This document shows positions 38,282-47,836 of a stretch of DNA of 64,000 bases, piece by piece. The notes beneath the pieces were generated by a model that saw nothing but the letters and a program-made list of their open reading frames with translations, was not told the DNA's origin and made no database searches. The position numbers and the translations under genes were made by a program. Numbering within the stretch: the first letter of the stretch is position 1; each line of letters opens with the position of its first letter. Source of the DNA: Candidatus Binataceae bacterium (GTDB lineage: Bacteria > Desulfobacterota > Binatia > Binatales > Binataceae); contig JASHOJ010000047.1 of assembly GCA_030041155.1 (NCBI GenBank), positions 14,905 to 78,904 of the forward strand. The letters are read 5' to 3'.

Positions 38282-39436
38282 ATGGGTCCGCTCAAGGGAA
38301 TTACCGTCCTCGATCTCAGCATGGTGGTCGCGGGGCCGTTCTGCACCATGATCTTAGGCGATCTCGGCGCCGACGTTATCAAGATCGAACCGCCCGAGGG
38401 CGATGTCTCGCGCATCGTCGTCGGTCAGGAGCGCGGCGGCGTGCCGATTGGAATCCTCAACTGGAATCGGAGCAAGCGCGCGATGGTGCTGGATCTGAAG
38501 CGCGCCGGCGCCGCCGACGTGTTCCTCAAGATGGCGGAGCGGACCGACGTAGTGGTGCAGAATGTGCGGCCCGGCGTGGTCGACCGGCTGGGCGTCGGCT
38601 ATGCGGCAGTCTCGGCGCGAAATCCAAAAATCGTGTACTGCTCGATCGCGGGCTATGGCTTCAAGGGGCCGTATCGCGACAAGCCCGCCTACGACCCGAT
38701 AATCCAGGGACTCGCCGGCGTGATGGCGACGCAGCGCACCCAAGGCCGTCCGCGCGCGGTCAAGAACATCATCGGCGACAAGGTCACCGCGATGACCGCG
38801 GCGATCGCGATTCTGGCCGCGCTGAATAAGGCTCGGAGCGGAAAGGGCCAGCATATCGAACTCGCGATGATCGACGCGGTCGCGTACTACCTGATGGGCG
38901 ATACGATGGCGCGGCATACTTTTCTGCCGCACAAGCCCGGCGTGCCGCCCTCGATGGGCACGCTCGATCCGTTCAAGACCGCCGACGGATACATCACGAT
39001 CGCACCGCTGACCGACAAGCATTGGACCTCGATTCTCGACGCTATCGGCCATCCGGAATGGTTCCAGGGCGACGAACCTCGGCCCGAACGAGTGAAGCGA
39101 TCGATCAAGGCGCTCATCGATCTTTTTCCGACTCAGACCTCGGCGTATTGGCTGGAACGAATCGAGAAGGCCGATGTTCCCTGCGGGATGGTCAACGACT
39201 TCGATACGATTTGGAACGATCCGCAGTTCATCGAGAATGAAACCTTCGTGGAGTACGAGCATCCAGAGGCCGGGATGGTGCGGGGAGTGCGTCCGCCGGC
39301 ACGATTTTCGGAGACCAGAACCGAGTTTTGGCGTCATGCGCCGTCGCTCGGGCAGCATACGGATGAGATTCTCGCCGACTTTGGCTTCAGCGCGCCGGAA
39401 ATCAGCCGATTGCACGCCGAGCAGATCGTGAAGTGA
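38282..39436 (+). CDS. CoA-transferase family III (CaiB/BaiF) protein
   Basis: LKGITVLDLSMVVAGPFCTMILGDLGADVIKIEPP N-terminal signature. Confidence 0.8.
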   Translation: MGPLKGITVLDLSMVVAGPFCTMILGDLGADVIKIEPPEGDVSRIVVGQERGGVPIGILNWNRSKRAMVLDLKRAGAADVFLKMAERTDVVVQNVRPGVVDRLGVGYAAVSARNPKIVYCSIAGYGFKGPYRDKPAYDPIIQGLAGVMATQRTQGRPRAVKNIIGDKVTAMTAAIAILAALNKARSGKGQHIELAMIDAVAYYLMGDTMARHTFLPHKPGVPPSMGTLDPFKTADGYITIAPLTDKHWTSILDAIGHPEWFQGDEPRPERVKRSIKALIDLFPTQTSAYWLERIEKADVPCGMVNDFDTIWNDPQFIENETFVEYEHPEAGMVRGVRPPARFSETRTEFWRHAPSLGQHTDEILADFGFSAPEISRLHAEQIVK

Positions 39437-39451
39437 CACGCCGCGCGCGCA

Positions 39452-40459
39452 TCACGCGATACTCATGACCTCGATCGACATCCGCGCCTGACCGCTCATG
39501 CCGCTGCCAGTTTGCGGATCGGTCGGCGGCTGTGCGACACCGTTGCCGTCGGTCGCGCGGATTCGAATCACGTATTTGCCCGGCTCGGGCGGCGCGAAGC
39601 GGTACTTCCAGACCGTCCAGACATAGCGCGACCGATTATCGATCAGCGTGGCGGCGTGCCAACTCTTGCCGTCGTCGTATGATGCGTCGACGCGCTTGAT
39701 TCCCGACGGTCCCGCGAGCGCCCATCCGTAGATATCGGCGGGCGCGGTCACGCGCGCGCTTCGGTCAAAGAGCGAGCGCATCCCGCCTTCGACGTGCGGC
39801 GAGAAAAATCCGGAATTGATCTTGCGCCAGGCGCTGTTGCTCCATCCGCGCATCTCCCAATATCCTTTCGCCGGATGGTCGATGAATTCCATCGCGGTGA
39901 TCCACTTCGGTTGCTTCATCCCGTACTTGCCGGGAATGAAAATCCTTAGCGGAAAACCATGATTCGGCGGCAGCGCGACTCCATTCATTCGCCACGGCAG
40001 GAAATTTTCCCGCCGCGTGATCTCATCCACCGGAAGACTCGTGAAGTAACCATCCGCGCCGCGCATCATGACCCACTCGGCGCGGCGATCGATTCGCGCG
40101 CGATCGAGCAGCGGTGAAAGCTGCACGCCCTGCCATATCGCATTGCTGATAAGGCTGCCGTCAGGCGGATTGCCGATACATTCGAGCGTCAGCTCTTCGT
40201 TGATTTGCGGCATCGCGCGAATCTGCGCGTACGAGAGTTCCAGCGGATTCTTAACCAGGCCTCTTATCGCGAAACGCCATGACTCGGCGTCCACACGCGG
40301 CGTCCGACTGTAGGTCGTAATGTAGAACTTCGAGTTTGAAGTCGGCCCGCCAAATTTTGCGTCCGAGGCGGCGGCGTGAGCGATCCGGTCAACCCCGCGA
40401 ATGCCCGCCACGATCACGGCGGCTGACGCAAGGGAGATGAACTTTCGCCGCGATAGCAT
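39452..40459 (-). CDS. sulfite-oxidase-family molybdopterin oxidoreductase (YedY/MsrP/SorA-like), Tat-exported
   Basis: Twin-arginine leader SRRKFISLASAA and a Mo-binding TLECIGNPP region. Confidence 0.65.
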   Translation of the reverse strand: MLSRRKFISLASAAVIVAGIRGVDRIAHAAASDAKFGGPTSNSKFYITTYSRTPRVDAESWRFAIRGLVKNPLELSYAQIRAMPQINEELTLECIGNPPDGSLISNAIWQGVQLSPLLDRARIDRRAEWVMMRGADGYFTSLPVDEITRRENFLPWRMNGVALPPNHGFPLRIFIPGKYGMKQPKWITAMEFIDHPAKGYWEMRGWSNSAWRKINSGFFSPHVEGGMRSLFDRSARVTAPADIYGWALAGPSGIKRVDASYDDGKSWHAATLIDNRSRYVWTVWKYRFAPPEPGKYVIRIRATDGNGVAQPPTDPQTGSGMSGQARMSIEVMSIA

Positions 40460-40539
40460 CTGATGCCCTCGGATCGGGCGCGGGATCTGACGCGCCCTTC
40501 ATGATCGAAAACCGGCGGTGGGCGCACCAGGTTCCTCGG

Positions 40540-41343
40540 CTATGCCGCGGAATCCGGCTCCGGAGCGACTGAGGCGAGCCGGCGCGCCACGATTATGAAC
40601 GCCGAATGCGCCACCATCCGGAACACCGGCCGCACGCTCAAACCTTTCACCTGCCAATGCCGAAGCATTGTCTCGAAGCTCTCGAATTGTCCGAACTCCG
40701 GCCGTGCGCTGAGCGCGTCCACCGTTTCCTTCAACTGAATTGCGGTAGGCACGTAGGAGACCAGCACGCCGCCCGGCCGGAGCGCGTGCGCGGCGCCGTC
40801 GAGAGCGCGAAACGGCTCGGCCAAATCCAGGAACATGCGATCGACGCCGGTCTCATCCGTGCCCTGGTACAAGTCCCCCAGCTTGAGCGTCCAGTTGGGC
40901 GCCTCGCCGAAGTATGTAGCCACATTTCGCTTTGCGATCGCCGCAAAGTCCTCGCGAATTTCGTAGGAAATGAGCCGTCCTGCCGGACCGACAGCGCGCA
41001 GGAGCGCAATCGTCAGCGCGCCGGTGCCCACGCCGCCTTCGACCACGGTCGCGCCGGGGAAAACGTCGCCCCAGATAATCAGCGTTCCCGCGTCTTTCGG
41101 ATAGATCACCTGCGCGCCGCGCGGCAGCAGCGGAATGAGGTCGGAATAGGTCGGGCGCAGGATCAGGAAAGTCTCGCCGGAGGAAAACTTGACCCGCGAT
41201 CCCTCTTCGGTTCCGATGATCTCATCGGCCGCAACCTCGCCGCGGATTGTGATTTTCCGGCCGGGATGGAGTGTCTTCAGGTAGCTGCGACCCTTGCGAT
41301 CGATGAAGACGACCGCGTCGCCCGCTTTCAGATGGGGATCCAA
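40540..41343 (-). CDS. tRNA (adenine-N1)-methyltransferase TrmI/Gcd14-like
   Basis: N-terminal beta-domain and the SAM-binding VVEGGVGTGALT motif. Confidence 0.6.
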   Translation of the reverse strand: MDPHLKAGDAVVFIDRKGRSYLKTLHPGRKITIRGEVAADEIIGTEEGSRVKFSSGETFLILRPTYSDLIPLLPRGAQVIYPKDAGTLIIWGDVFPGATVVEGGVGTGALTIALLRAVGPAGRLISYEIREDFAAIAKRNVATYFGEAPNWTLKLGDLYQGTDETGVDRMFLDLAEPFRALDGAAHALRPGGVLVSYVPTAIQLKETVDALSARPEFGQFESFETMLRHWQVKGLSVRPVFRMVAHSAFIIVARRLASVAPEPDSAA

Positions 41344-41525
41344 GCTGGCTTAGCCATATGCGGCTGCCGTCACTTGTGCAACCTGCGCGCGGGGATGGCA
41401 TTCTTCCAGGCGGGCTTTTCGTGTACACTATGAGGGCTGAACTTGCGGCGCAGCGTGCTCATAGTCGAGCGCGCCGCCCGAAGATCAAATCTGATCCAGA
41501 AATCTGACAGAAGCGAGCTTCCACG

Positions 41526-41696
41526 ATGGCTGAGAAGAAGGCAAAAACCGCGGAAAAGTCGGGCGACGCCGCGCACAAGCATCTGTGCCCCAACTGTGGC
41601 GCGGAGAGCAAGGTGACCCGATTTGCTGGCTACGGCCGCAAGGGCTTTTACCTGGTATGCGAGAAGGCCTGCGGATATATCGGAAAGACCCGCTGA
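41526..41696 (+). CDS. small zinc-ribbon protein (56 aa; below the ORF-track size cutoff)
   Basis: CPNCG-x20-CEKAC gives a Cys4 arrangement. GC-rich third codon positions like neighbouring genes. Confidence 0.4.
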   Translation: MAEKKAKTAEKSGDAAHKHLCPNCGAESKVTRFAGYGRKGFYLVCEKACGYIGKTR

Positions 41697-41715
41697 GTTT
41701 TCGAGGGAATTATCG

Positions 41716-42135
41716 ATGGGCAGGGCACGCAAAAGCAAAACTTCCAAGCGCGACAAGTATGCCGGCTTCGCCGACATGGCCGACGACGCTGAAGAAGATG
41801 CGGATCTTCCCAAGGATGAAGCCGGTCGCCGCAAGATAAAGCGCCAGTACGCCGAGTTGCTTGGCATCCGTATAGAGAAGCTGCGTGGAAGAATCCTCAA
41901 TCGCGAGCGGATCAACAAGACGATCGAGGGGATTTACTTCATCTGCGCCAATTGCATGAAAGTGTGCCATTCGCTCGACGACGGCCTTACCGAAGACCCC
42001 GCGAATCAGCAGAACCTATGCGGCGCTTGCGCCAAGCAGAAGGCCCAGGCAGAGGCGCATGCCGCGCGCGAAGCGGCCGGTCCGCAGACACGCGCCAAAG
42101 CGCCGTCGCGCAAGAAGCGGGCTGCGGCTAGCTGA
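41716..42135 (+). CDS. small basic protein with a Cys-rich zinc-binding motif (139 aa)
   Basis: CANCMKVC...CGAC cysteine cluster, Lys/Arg-rich termini. GAGGG ribosome-binding site. Confidence 0.45.
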   Translation: MGRARKSKTSKRDKYAGFADMADDAEEDADLPKDEAGRRKIKRQYAELLGIRIEKLRGRILNRERINKTIEGIYFICANCMKVCHSLDDGLTEDPANQQNLCGACAKQKAQAEAHAAREAAGPQTRAKAPSRKKRAAAS

Positions 42136-42264
42136 CTCGCAACGTCGCAACTCCTCCGCGATGTCTGTTAGCCTGGAAGGTGAAAGTCACCCGCAAACCG
42201 CGCCCAGCCCAAGCGGCTCCTGATGCCGCTTGTTCGTGAATCACGGAAACGATAAACAGGACCG

Positions 42265-43200
42265 ATGTCTCTGCAACTGATCCGGCCGAATATCAATCTC
42301 GATTTCGTCGGAAAGCGCCATTTTTTCGTAATTCTTTCGACCGCGATTAATATCGCGGCTATCATCCTGCTCATTCTGGTCGGCTTCAACTACGGAGTTG
42401 ATTTCGTCGGCGGCAGCGTTGTTCAGATCCAATTTACCAAGCAGACCGATGGCGGTGCGATTCGCCGTGCACTCGCGCCGCTCGATCTCGGCGAAATAAC
42501 GGTCCAGGATTTCGGCGCCGCTTCGAGCCATACCTACCTACTAAGGTTTGAGAAGGTCGCAAACATCGGCCATATCGGCCCCAAACTCGAGGGGCAGCTA
42601 AACAAGGTCTATGGCGACGGCGTCGCGAAGGTGGTGCGGGTTGAGAGCGTAGGCGCGAAAGTCGGCAGCGACCTGCGCCAGCGAGGCCTCTCGGCGGTCA
42701 TTATTGCAACCATTTTCATGGGCGTGTTTATCGCCTGGCAGTTCCGCCACGTGAGCTGGAGCTTTGGCGCGGGCGCCGTGATCGCCTTGGTGCATGACGT
42801 GCTGGTGGTCTCGCTCGCACTGGTGCTAAGCCAATTCCAGTTCGATTTAACGACTCTGGCGGCGCTGCTGACGGTTATCGGCTACTCGGTGCATGACACG
42901 GTTATTGTTTCCGACCGGATTCGTGAGGACGCGGCCAAGCGGCGGCGGGAACCGATCGCATCAATCATGAACCGGGCGATCAATGAGACCCTGTCGCGAA
43001 CTCTACTTACTTCCGGCACCGTGATCGTGGTTTTGGTCGCGCTGCTGGCGTTTGGCGGACCGATTCTGCGTCCCTCGGCTTTCACGCTGCTGATCGGGAT
43101 TATCACTGGGACTTATTCCTCGATTTATATCGCGGGCCCGGTTGTCCTGTTCTGGGAAGGCCGGCACAAGATCGGATCGGTCTCGTCGCGCGCAGCCTGA
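42265..43200 (+). CDS. secF: protein translocase subunit SecF
   Basis: Typical SecF N-terminus LDFVGKRHFF...GVDFVGG and six TM helices. No secD adjacent. Confidence 0.85.
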   Translation: MSLQLIRPNINLDFVGKRHFFVILSTAINIAAIILLILVGFNYGVDFVGGSVVQIQFTKQTDGGAIRRALAPLDLGEITVQDFGAASSHTYLLRFEKVANIGHIGPKLEGQLNKVYGDGVAKVVRVESVGAKVGSDLRQRGLSAVIIATIFMGVFIAWQFRHVSWSFGAGAVIALVHDVLVVSLALVLSQFQFDLTTLAALLTVIGYSVHDTVIVSDRIREDAAKRRREPIASIMNRAINETLSRTLLTSGTVIVVLVALLAFGGPILRPSAFTLLIGIITGTYSSIYIAGPVVLFWEGRHKIGSVSSRAA

Positions 43201-43264
43201 CAGCGCGAGTTTTCGAATAAGATTCTCCGACGTCCGGGCCACTGCGCGCTCGACGTGAAAAATC

Positions 43265-43594
43265 GTGAAAGCCGTGCTGAAAACCGCCCGCGGTCCCTAT
43301 TACCTGAGCCAGGGCGCAGCGCCGATACACGAAGGCGGCGCATTTGTGCTTACGCTTGCGATCGAGCGGGCCGATGGAATCGAGCGAATCGCGTTTCGAT
43401 GCCGGATCGCCGACACTCTGGTGCCGAACGCCGATACCGCGGCAATAATCGGGCGGCTTGCGGGTTGGATCGAGCGGGAGTTCGAGATGACGCGCGAGTC
43501 CGCGCTCAAGACGATTCGCACCGAACGCTCCCTTTATGAAGTCGTCTTTGACGCCTCCAATCCGGGTCCTTTTGCGGCCGGCAGCCTCGGCTGA
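43265..43594 (+). CDS. hypothetical protein
   Basis: 109-aa ORF with a GTG start and gene-like codon bias. No recognisable motif. Confidence 0.35.
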   Translation: MKAVLKTARGPYYLSQGAAPIHEGGAFVLTLAIERADGIERIAFRCRIADTLVPNADTAAIIGRLAGWIEREFEMTRESALKTIRTERSLYEVVFDASNPGPFAAGSLG

Positions 43595-43654
43595 GCGAGG
43601 ATGAATTGCGGCGAACAAGCCGGGGATTCGGCCCGCGCGCGAGTAGCCCGCCAG

Positions 43655-44779
43655 TCAGCTACGCAACGATGCAATCGCCTGCGCGGCCAGACGCTCCGCG
43701 AAGTCGGGACGCCATCTCGTCCACCCCTCGTCCAAGTTCGGCGTCCGCCCGCTGCGCACTATTTGGCGGTACTCGAAGCAAGCCAACCACAGCGCTCGCA
43801 TGTTCAATACTCCGGGGAGCCGGTCCAGCTCCTCGTCGGTGAGCTGGACGTGCTCGCGGTATCCGCGCATAACCGCGTCGACGTAATCTGCGCCAACTTC
43901 CGCCGCGGTCCTCAGTAGCCACGCCAGTGCAGGCAATCGCGGCCCGCGTCCGGACCCAGCCCATCCAACGATCACGAGATTGCCCGGCGCGCCGACCGCG
44001 GCCCACGCGTGGTAGTTGCCGTGTGTGAGCGCTTCGGGCAGGCCTTCCGCGTCGTCGGCGTTCTCGACCTGGTCGCGGAGCCACTCGAAGCCCTCGCGTC
44101 CTTCAGGAGCGACGGCGTCCTCGACGCTCGCCAGAAAGCTCATCGCCGCCGCGAGATCCTGCTTCGGCCGACCTACGTAAAAGCCGCCGTCGTGTTCCTC
44201 CGATCCTCCATCTCTCGCAACCGCGCCGCCCGCCGCGGGAAGCGTGTGCAGTCGCCCGAGCAGGCTCGCCAGTTCGTATTCCACCGTTGGCGACTCGATC
44301 CGGCCATGCGCATCGGTCGGACGTCCGTCTTCGACAAACTCGGTCACGATCAGGGCGCTCCCGTTGAGCACCGATACGGCCTCGTCATGCGCGAGCCGTT
44401 CGGCGGGAAAGTCGTGCGAGGCCAGGAACCGCAGAATTTCCGCGTCGCCCTCGACGCGGCTTACTTTGTCCGCAGGCGAGGAGAAGATTCGAGCCACCCA
44501 CGGTGAACCGTTCTTGCGCTTGACGAGCAACGTCGAGGGATAATGGCCGGGCCAGGAGCCGCGGGGACGCGATCTGGGGTCGTCGATCGGCGCCATCGAG
44601 TTGATATAAATCCCGTAGTGCGCCTCGAGATGCGCTTTGAGCGCCTCGTGCTCGAAGGGCCGGGTGGGCCGCTCCGCCGACTTGCCCGCCTCCAGCGCGG
44701 CGCGCGCTTCGGTGTATCGCTGTCCGGATTCGCGTGCCCGTTTGCGGACTGCACGCTTGAAACTGCCCTGCTTGGTCAT
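43655..44779 (-). CDS. phosphotransferase (APH/choline-kinase-like) family protein
   Basis: Kinase-like fold with a catalytic THGNYHAWAAV region. Start set at the second ATG, which is preceded by GAGGAGG. Confidence 0.55.
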   Translation of the reverse strand: MTKQGSFKRAVRKRARESGQRYTEARAALEAGKSAERPTRPFEHEALKAHLEAHYGIYINSMAPIDDPRSRPRGSWPGHYPSTLLVKRKNGSPWVARIFSSPADKVSRVEGDAEILRFLASHDFPAERLAHDEAVSVLNGSALIVTEFVEDGRPTDAHGRIESPTVEYELASLLGRLHTLPAAGGAVARDGGSEEHDGGFYVGRPKQDLAAAMSFLASVEDAVAPEGREGFEWLRDQVENADDAEGLPEALTHGNYHAWAAVGAPGNLVIVGWAGSGRGPRLPALAWLLRTAAEVGADYVDAVMRGYREHVQLTDEELDRLPGVLNMRALWLACFEYRQIVRSGRTPNLDEGWTRWRPDFAERLAAQAIASLRS

Positions 44780-45020
44780 AGCAAACCTCCTCGACATGCC
44801 CCCGTCCCCCAGCGACGCGGCACTCGAACAGGTCTGTATGGCAAGGACCTTGAGGGTAGATTCCCCTTCGCCTTGGAGGTCCCGGCTGGGGCAGGTTCCT
44901 CACGGGCTCGGCGTCGGCCCGACGCCGTGGACCCAAAGATGCCATTGCTATCTGAGCGATGTCAACGAAGCGGCGCTGCTTTGGAGATTATCCGCGCACT
45001 ACCAGTCCGCTTAGATGTTC

Positions 45021-46976
45021 TTAGCTCAGCGTTCTGCGATCGATTCCCAGCGACGTGATGCGCGACGACAAAGTCGATGGTTTCATCCCGAGCAGTTCCG
45101 CCGCACCGCCTGGCCCGGAGACTTTTCCATTGGTACGTCTTAGAGCATCTATGACGGCCTCGCGCTCTCGATGCTTTAATTCGTTGCGCGTGGGCAGCGC
45201 ACTGTTTGCTGGCGGTTTCGCCCGGCTTCCGTTGCTTTGCGTCGGCTGTGACGGAGGGAGATCGAAGGTAAGCGGACCTTCGCGCCACAAAATGATGGCG
45301 CGTTCAACCATGTTCTGAAGCTCGCGGACGTTACCCGGCCAATGATAGGTCGCGAGCTGGTCCAGTGCTGTCTTGCTGAGTTTCGGCTCCGGGCGGTTCA
45401 TCCGCCGCGCGCTTTGTCTGACGAAATGTGCGACCAGGGGCGGTATGTCCTCGTGGCGCTCCCGCAGCGGAGGAACTTCGAGTGGGAAAACGCTCAAACG
45501 ATAGAACAGATCCTGGCGAAAGCGGCCTTCATCGACTTCCTTTTTCAGGTCTCGGTTCGATGCTGCGATTACCCGAACATTGACCTTGCGCGTCCGAGTG
45601 TCGCCGACCCGTTCAAGCTCCTGCTCCTGCAGAACGCGGAGCAGCTTGGCTTGCATCGCCAGCGGCACTTCGCCGATCTCATCAAGAAATAGCGTTCCGC
45701 CGTCGGCGAGTTCAAAACGCCCCGGTTTGTCTTTGAGCGCGCCGGTAAAGGCCCCTCTCACGTGGCCGAAGAATTCGCTTTCGAAGAGACCTTCCGGCAC
45801 CGCGCTGCAATTTAATTTGACCACGGGGCGCTCGCGACGCGCACTCTTATAGTGGATAGCTCGCGCGATGAGCTCCTTTCCGGTCCCGCTTTCTCCGGTG
45901 ATCAGGACGGTAGCATCGGTCGGCGCGACTAGTTGAACCTGCTGCATGACTTTTCGCAGGCCGGAACTCCCGCCGACTATATTGCCGAAGCTCTGCTCGG
46001 TGCGGATTTCGTCGAGCAGATACGCGTTCTGAGCTTCGAGCCGCGCCTTATCCTGCTCCAGTAGCACCCGGTCAGTGATATCGACAAGCACGACGCGCGC
46101 GTACTTACCGTCTGCCTCCCGCTTCGACCACCACTCAACCCACACCGAACGACCGTCATCCTTGCGACGCAACTCGAGACCGGACCCGGACGCCTCGGTT
46201 CTACTTTCAACCAGCTTTAAAGCTTCGCGCAGATGGTGTTGGGCTTCCGAAGTATCAGAGAACAGAGATCGCCAATGCAGCTCGGCTATCTCCTCGGGCT
46301 TGACGCCAAGAAGCCGTGCCGCGGTGCGGTTCACTTGGATAATTCCCGCGTCAGAACCGACCACATAGGCGATCGGCGCCTCTTCAAAAAAATCACGGAA
46401 TCTTTCTTCGCTCTGGGCAAGCCGCTGGTTCGCCTCACGCAGTTGCTCGCCAATTGCTCGTTCGGCGCGTTCCAGCCGCTCGACCTTCTCCGCGTAAAGT
46501 CGCAGCTCCATCTGATTCATGGCGAGTGCGGCCAACGTCCGCAACATTTCAGCCTCGCCTGATGCGAGGTCGCGCGGCTTCTGGTCAAGGACCCACACCG
46601 TTCCAAGATCCAATCCCTCGTGGGTACGTAGCGGAGCGGCCGCATAGAATCTGACGCCGAGTTCCGCGACCAGGGAGCGGTCGGCTGCTCGCTCGTCATT
46701 CGCGGCGTCGCTCAGGTGGAAAACTCCTTGCGAGAGCATCGCCGTGGCGCACAATCCTGCGTCGCGCGCCGCCTGATGAACGTCAATGCCGACCCGGGAC
46801 TTAAACCATACCCGGTCCTCGTCGACCAGACTGATGCCGGCCATAGGCACGTGAAAGAACCCGGCTGCCATCTCGGCGATGCGGTCGAAGGCCGGTTCCG
46901 GCGGCGTGTCGAGGATCTGGTAGCGCCGGAGCGCGTTCAAGCGCTCAGCTTCCTTGTCGGGGAGCACGTTCTTCAT
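45021..46976 (-). CDS. sigma54-dependent transcriptional activator with GAF and PAS sensor domains
   Basis: [15 protein letters not shown] Walker A, the GAFTGA-type region and a C-terminal Fis-type HTH. Confidence 0.85.
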   Translation of the reverse strand: MKNVLPDKEAERLNALRRYQILDTPPEPAFDRIAEMAAGFFHVPMAGISLVDEDRVWFKSRVGIDVHQAARDAGLCATAMLSQGVFHLSDAANDERAADRSLVAELGVRFYAAAPLRTHEGLDLGTVWVLDQKPRDLASGEAEMLRTLAALAMNQMELRLYAEKVERLERAERAIGEQLREANQRLAQSEERFRDFFEEAPIAYVVGSDAGIIQVNRTAARLLGVKPEEIAELHWRSLFSDTSEAQHHLREALKLVESRTEASGSGLELRRKDDGRSVWVEWWSKREADGKYARVVLVDITDRVLLEQDKARLEAQNAYLLDEIRTEQSFGNIVGGSSGLRKVMQQVQLVAPTDATVLITGESGTGKELIARAIHYKSARRERPVVKLNCSAVPEGLFESEFFGHVRGAFTGALKDKPGRFELADGGTLFLDEIGEVPLAMQAKLLRVLQEQELERVGDTRTRKVNVRVIAASNRDLKKEVDEGRFRQDLFYRLSVFPLEVPPLRERHEDIPPLVAHFVRQSARRMNRPEPKLSKTALDQLATYHWPGNVRELQNMVERAIILWREGPLTFDLPPSQPTQSNGSRAKPPANSALPTRNELKHREREAVIDALRRTNGKVSGPGGAAELLGMKPSTLSSRITSLGIDRRTLS

Positions 46977-47224
46977 GGCACCAACGCCCGAGCGACAACT
47001 GACTCTAGTGGGCCGGTCACCGGCCGCGGATTGTCACTCGCCCTGTCGCTCGGTCATGGTTCACTTGCTGGTCCGAATATTCTTCCTTTCGAACTCTTCG
47101 AGCAACCTCACTAGCGAAGAATCGTAAGATTACGATTTCTCGGTAACCGACACTTCGTCACGGATTCGAAAAAACTTGTACTCGATATGGTTTTCACAAC
47201 GGACCACTTGGCACGAAAGCTGAT

Positions 47225-47234
47225 TTTGTACAAA
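47225..47234. promoter_or_regulatory. perfect 10-bp palindrome TTTGTACAAA with an upstream TTGTAC half-site repeat
   Basis: Located 23 nt upstream of the ahpD-like start. A TTGTAC repeat lies about 50 nt further upstream. Confidence 0.25.
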
Positions 47235-47256
47235 GCAACTGGCGGGCTAGCACACG

Positions 47257-47835
47257 ATGAGTGAATCCAAAAGCCAGAATCGCATTAAGCTGGTCGATCC
47301 CGATTGTGCAACCGGCGAGATCAGGCGGCTCTTCGCCGAGATGCGAGCGAAATTCGCCTTGGTGCCAAATCTCTTCCGAGTTCTCGCCAATGAGCCGGCG
47401 GCGCTTGAAGGACTCATGAGCCTTGCTGCCGCACTTGCCGGCGGATCTCTTGAAGAAAAGACTCGCGAGAGGCTCGCGCTCGCTATCGCCGAGAGCAACT
47501 TGTGTGCTTACTGCCTGAGCGCGCACAGGGCTATGGCGGCGAAAATCGGGCTGACCCAGCAAGAAATCGGCGACGCCATTCGCGCGAGTGCGGACGATGC
47601 CAGAACCGATGCCATCCTCAAGCTCGCGCGCGGCATAGTCGTCCAGCGTGGTGAACTCTCCGATGCGGACCTTGCGTGGGCACGAACCGCGGGCCTGAGC
47701 GACGGCGAGATCGTCGAGACAGTCGCCAACGTTGCTCTGAACATCTTCGAGAACTACATGAGCCACGTTGCAAGTGTCCCAATCGACCTTCCCAAGAGCG
47801 AATCTCGCGAGACGTCGGGCGAGGGAGGCGAATGA
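47257..47835 (+). CDS. carboxymuconolactone-decarboxylase/AhpD-like family protein
   Basis: CAYCLSAH CxxC-His motif of the AhpD/CMD fold. Confidence 0.6.
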   Translation: MSESKSQNRIKLVDPDCATGEIRRLFAEMRAKFALVPNLFRVLANEPAALEGLMSLAAALAGGSLEEKTRERLALAIAESNLCAYCLSAHRAMAAKIGLTQQEIGDAIRASADDARTDAILKLARGIVVQRGELSDADLAWARTAGLSDGEIVETVANVALNIFENYMSHVASVPIDLPKSESRETSGEGGE

Positions 47836-47836
47836 A

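Noticed and set aside
47209-47223. TGGCACG motif resembling a sigma54 -24 element near the divergent sigma54-activator gene
   Set aside because: No GC element at the -12 position (CTGA instead of TTGC) and incorrect GG-to-GC spacing.
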